From: Octopus sinensis
Lineage: Eukaryota
Direction: 5' to 3'
Length of the DNA stretch: 39,136 nucleotides
Assembly: GCF_006345805.1 (NCBI RefSeq)
Contig: NW_021835681.1
Coordinates: 1-39,136 of the forward strand
The first letter of the stretch is position 1. Every line of letters begins with the position of its first letter. The notes under the pieces are model-generated. The model did not search any database. It saw only the letters and a program-made list of their open reading frames with translations, and was not told the DNA's origin. Positions 34,085 through 39,136 of the stretch are shown here, one piece after another. Both the position numbers and the translations under genes were made by a program.

Positions 34085-34307
34085 GGCGGTGAGCTGGCAG
34101 AAACGTTAGCACGCCGGGCGAAATGCTTAGCGGTATTTCGTATGTCGTTACGTTCTGAGTTCAAATTCTACCGAGGACAACTTTGTCTTTCATCTCTTCG
34201 CAGTTGATGTAAATAAGTACCAGTTACTCACTGGGAACGATGTAATCGACTTAATCTGTCCTTGTTTGTCTCCTCTATGTTTAGACCCCTGTTGGCAATA
34301 AAGAAAT
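34085..34307 (+). mobile_element. Full-length SINE family A
   Basis: GGCGGTGAGCTGGCAGAAACGTTAGC head to CAATAAAGAAAT tail. Confidence 0.9.
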
Positions 34308-34793
34308 GATATATGCATTCGTTGGTTTATGTTTGACAAACGACAGAGGAGTGCTCGATAAATGTTGTAGAGAAAGTGATTTTTAATGAAATTCAAACAA
34401 ATAATTTGTCTCTTGGCTTGAGTTCTACGAGTCATGTGGAAAACCTTTAGTTTCAATAAAAAGGAAACATTAAATATGATGTATTTTAACATCTAACGGC
34501 ATATCCACGGAAATTACCGTGGAGGTCAAAAATTCTCTCTTACGGTAAAAGGTGTAAAAATACCATTTATTCCCCAGTGTTCCTTCTATCTGATTCCCAG
34601 ATGAGCGTTTCTTGCCCTTTGACCTTCTTCAATAGGAAATACCGAAGAGAGATAATCCTAGGTCGGCAGAAAGATAGATAGATAAAAAGATAGATAAATA
34701 GACACAGGCAGACAGACAAAGAAACAGACTGACTGACTGACAGACAGATAAGAGAGTGAGAGAGAGAGAAACACACAGACACACACAACACAC

Positions 34794-34884
<91 letters not shown>

Positions 34885-35843
34885 TTAGCAAAACGCCAGA
34901 ACGTAAGCGAGCAAGACAAATGAAAAGAAACAAAATATAGATTAATCATGAACTAATTTCGCTATTAACACTTACGCAAAATTACTTGCGTAATTGTCCG
35001 TAGCTCTTCAGTATGATCGTAAATGCAAATATAATTTGCAGAACTATACGTGAGACGTCTGCATGCGATTGAACATGTATACAGTTCTACCAATGACACT
35101 TGGGGTTATCTTTCAAATGTCTTCGTTTTGGCGCGCTAAAATACCGGAAATAATACTGCAGAAAATAATTCTCTGCAGTGAATTTAAAATTTTATATACA
35201 TATATATATATAATTGTCCGCCTATGTATACAGTGCAAACGAAGCCATAACCAAAGCTACTACCCCCCCACACACACACACACCCACACACATCCATCAC
35301 CATACACTGCTCTACTTAGCCCTTCCCCATAAATTTCTGGCCTTGTGTCTAAATTCGAAACTATTCACCAATTGAAATTACACACAGACACAATAAAGAT
35401 ATTGTAAAGCATTTAAATGTCAGATACCGGAAGAAAGCTTTGTAGTCTACGAAGTGTATTCCGGGTTAGTTCGAGCGAGAAAAGTAAGCGAAGAAGACAT
35501 ACTTGAGTGGCTAAAGACTATGACGAATCAATTGATTAATTAATTAAATTAATTACTTAACTGACGATAAAAACGTAAGTATTTTACAATTAATGCGTGT
35601 ATATTTTATGGGTCGAGTGACTATCTAAATAAAATATATGGTCGAATACACACGTTTTCGTATTGGGAGTCTTGTACGAATAACATAAAAGCGAAATATA
35701 TGCATATGTGTATTTCAGTCTGTGTGTGTGTCTGTCTATGTCTGTGTGTACATACATAGTTATTCGCTAAAATGCCAGCACTACCATGAGAAGCTCCATT
35801 TTGAAACTGCGTTAAACTCCTTTGCTTCTATTAATTGTGTGTG

Positions 35844-35896
<53 letters not shown>

Positions 35897-36196
35897 ATCA
35901 CACGCACATGCACGCACACACACACACTACATATACATATTCATATACATTGGTACGTATGTATTATGCATGCATACATTCATGCATGCATATATATGTA
36001 TGTAGACAAAGGTATCTATGTACGCCTATATAACATGTGTGTGCCTATGTATGTATATATGCATACATATACATATATAACCGAACACACATATATGTGT
36101 GTGTGTGTGTTCGGTTATATGTATATGTATGCATATATATTCATACATAGATACACACATATGTTTATATAGGCGTACATAGATACCTTTGTCTAC

Positions 36197-36234
<38 letters not shown>

Positions 36235-36243
36235 ATACATATG

Positions 36244-36274
<31 letters not shown>

Positions 36275-36726
36275 TATATATATTATATATATATAATATA
36301 TATATATTATATATTATATAAGCACACATGCATACGCAATGTGTGTGTATGTGTGTGTGTTTGTGTGTGTGTACATATATATATATATATATACGCATAT
36401 ATGTTGACATCACTTTCATTAAATACAACACTTCAGAACTTGGCTGATGATCAGAAGAAAGAAAAGAATAAATTCCTTCTTTCTGCTATTGATGTTTGCC
36501 AACACAATTTCCAAATGCAAAATCTATATAGCATGGTTCGATGAATCGAACATTCAAGAAAGAGAATAGACCTACTAAACTAAACAGAAATAAGCTCTGT
36601 AAATGGAATGGAAATTATGTCAGAGTTTGGTTCGTATTCTTTTTTGGGGGGGTGGGGGGGTGTTTTTATCGGCATATTTATTTTTTAATTTTTTACGATG
36701 GCATAATAATAATAATAATAGTTATA

Positions 36727-36840
36727 ACCCTTTCTATTGTAGGCACAAGATCTGAAATTTCGGGAAGAGATTAAGTCGATTATATCGGCCCCAGTGTGTG
36801 ATTGGTACTTATCTTATTGACCTAGAAAGGATGAAAGGCA
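36727..36840 (-). mobile_element. 3' fragment of SINE family A, short tail
   Basis: GTCGATTATATCGGCCCCAGTG...GAAAGGATGAAAGGCA on the plus strand. Confidence 0.7.
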
Positions 36841-36869
36841 ATAATAATAACAATAATAATAATAATAAA

Positions 36870-37415
36870 TGTTCTGATGCAATACCAGCTAGTGGCTCTC
36901 ATGGTTTCTGATCTTAACTGATTGGAATTGTTAACATGTACATTGTATTGTCTTGGTGTAAAAGGCAAGCTACGGCAAATATTGTGCTCAACACCATAGA
37001 TTTGCTTGTCACTTGCTTGACCTTAACCAGTTGAGCATGTCCCTTAGTGACTGACGATATTACGAGCATGAGTATTGGGGTTGGGGCATCATAGCCATGT
37101 GTTGAGAGGAATTCTTTGGGGTTTGGATAATTCACCTCTGGAAATACAGGTATTTCGTTCAGCATCTTTAAAGAAACCTTAATCAGTGGCTTTTTGAGCG
37201 GGATTGGCTACTCGACCTGAAGAGAATTCTAACTAGGCCCCACCTACAAGGTCATGCGCGGTTTATCTTGATATGAGATCACCATGTAGTGCATATATGG
37301 TTGTGATGCATGTGCCTGGTGTACCCTTATCAGACGGGTAGTCATGATGGGTATATTGGGCTTCGTATTATTGTACCCCAGTGTCACTTTGATATCATGC
37401 ACTGCTCTCTCACTC

Positions 37416-37446
<31 letters not shown>
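36870..37446 (+). mobile_element. Probable retroelement 3' fragment or non-autonomous repeat with (AAT)n on both sides
   Basis: Higher-GC non-coding block between two (AAT)n runs, ending CTCTCTCACTC(AAT)n like a LINE-type tandem tail. Family recognition is from recollection only. Confidence 0.45.
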
Positions 37447-37449
<3 letters not shown>

Positions 37450-37507
37450 TTTATAATGAGTTCTTTTATTTGCCACCATGTGGAGGATGAGTGGAACAAT
37501 ACAAATA

Positions 37508-37515
37508 ATAATAAC

Positions 37516-37561
<46 letters not shown>

Positions 37562-37687
37562 TAGTAGCAGCCGCAGCAGCAGCAACAACAGCTGTGGTGT
37601 AGGTGGTGGTGGTGGCGGAGCGGTAGTAGCAGCAGTAGCAGCAGCAGCAATTGTAGTAGTAGCAGCCGCAGCAGCAGCAGCAGTAGC

Positions 37688-37757
<70 letters not shown>
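37508..37757. repeat. (AGT)n/(AGC)n trinucleotide mosaic
   Basis: Direct inspection. Confidence 0.95.
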
Positions 37758-37758
<1 letters not shown>

Positions 37759-37884
37759 AAAGAATGAGTAAAAAAACATAAAAATCGCAATAACCCCACC
37801 GAAACACAAAACCAAAATGTCAGCTTCGATATTGATTTCGAAGGTAAACCAAGCGGAAAACAAGAGAAAAGCAAAGTGAGAGAC

Positions 37885-38102
37885 ATTTATTTACTTATTT
37901 ATTTATTTATTTATTTACTTACTTATTTATTTATTTATTTATTTATTTATTCATTTGTTTATCTATCTAATTTATTCATAATTAACATGCACCAGTATAT
38001 ACGTATACATATTCCATATATGTAATATGTAAACGTATACACTGGTGCACATTACCCATGCGTATCACATATACGGAATGCATATTAAATATGCTCTTCT
38101 CC

Positions 38103-38140
<38 letters not shown>

Positions 38141-38228
38141 ATCTCTATCTCTCTCTCTCACTCTTTCTCTGTCTATCTCCACATGCGTATCAAATATATG
38201 CATATATACTTAAATGAATATATACATT

Positions 38229-38260
<32 letters not shown>

Positions 38261-38308
38261 TACTTATACGCACATACATATATGTATATATATATATATA
38301 TGTGTGTT

Positions 38309-38353
<45 letters not shown>

Positions 38354-38508
38354 GCACACACATATATATATAGATGTATATATATACATACATATATACA
38401 TATATACATATATACATATATACAAATATATATACATATGTACATACATATATATATATATATACATACATATATATATATATATGCATATATATATACA
38501 TGAATATG

Positions 38509-38540
<32 letters not shown>

Positions 38541-38590
38541 CATAAATACATACATAATACATACATAAATACATACATACATACATACAG
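37885..38590. repeat. (TTTA)n/(CT)n/(TA)n/(GATA)n/(TACA)n microsatellite complex
   Basis: Direct inspection. Confidence 0.9.
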
Positions 38591-39136
38591 AAATGTGTGT
38601 CCGCGCGCGCATATGTGCGTACTTCTGTCGCGCGAGTGTATGTGTGTATGGCTAGCTAAGTCTGATCGAATTAGTTAATCAGATCGAAGAACCGAACGTA
38701 ATTGAAAATAATAGAATAACCATTGATATTTGCTACTCACCTATTTACCATTTAGGAAACTGCAATTGCGAAATACACCGAAATTTATAGAAATACAGAT
38801 ATAAAACCGATATTTTATTGAGCGGTAACTGCGCTGATCTGTCTTATATATATATTTTTTTGCTAATTTTGTTTGTACCTATTTTTTTTTTTTTTTTGCG
38901 TTGGTGTATTTCTTTTGAGGAATTATTGAAAGCAATATGGAAATGAAGCTGTTTCCATTGGCGAATGAATTATTGCTGGTCTAATAGCTTCAGCTATGGT
39001 CAAGCCAGAATTGAGAATTGCCGGATGTGGATAAAGATCGGCTGATTTTGTGGAGGCGTATATTCGCTTTAAGAAAGAAACAGGAGGGAATAACTCTTAT
39101 GTCTAGCCTCATTAATGTCGGTGGTAGCGGTGGGGC

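Noticed and set aside
35424-35483. Possible 60-nt exon (IPEESFVVYEVYSGLVRARK) with GTAAGC donor
   Set aside because: The acceptor lacks a pyrimidine tract and it is too short to support without data.
36430-36575. Exon-like island on either strand
   Set aside because: Each frame hits a stop before a credible donor and no homology was recognised.

Overview
Very AT-rich, microsatellite-dense animal genomic DNA. The SINE/LINE repertoire resembles, from recollection and without a database check, that of octopus. No confidently assignable protein-coding gene was found; almost all ORFs in the supplied track are translations of (TA)n, (ATGT)n, (AAT)n, (GATA)n or trinucleotide repeats, or of SINEs. 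The main structure is a minus-strand tRNA-Pro cluster (about 14.9-24.1 kb). It has 9 full-length 72-nt tRNA-Pro genes (4 CGG, 3 AGG, 2 TGG) and 7 degenerate or truncated copies. Most sit in a roughly 1.8-1.9 kb higher-order tandem unit: (ATGT)n, spacer, Pro-CGG, fossil SINE, pseudo-Pro-TGG, spacer, Pro-AGG or Pro-TGG. The rest is a patchwork of tRNA-derived SINEs (including head-to-tail multimers, one inside a single 16-bp TSD), RTE-like LINE 3' fragments and Penelope-like remnants (a GIY-YIG fragment with a 5' inversion and a decayed hammerhead-like motif). There is also a probable non-autonomous rolling-circle element carrying tRNA-array spacer sequence, a 110-bp inverted repeat pair, and a 2.4-kb (AAT)n higher-order satellite. 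SINE family letters A-E are my own working labels.
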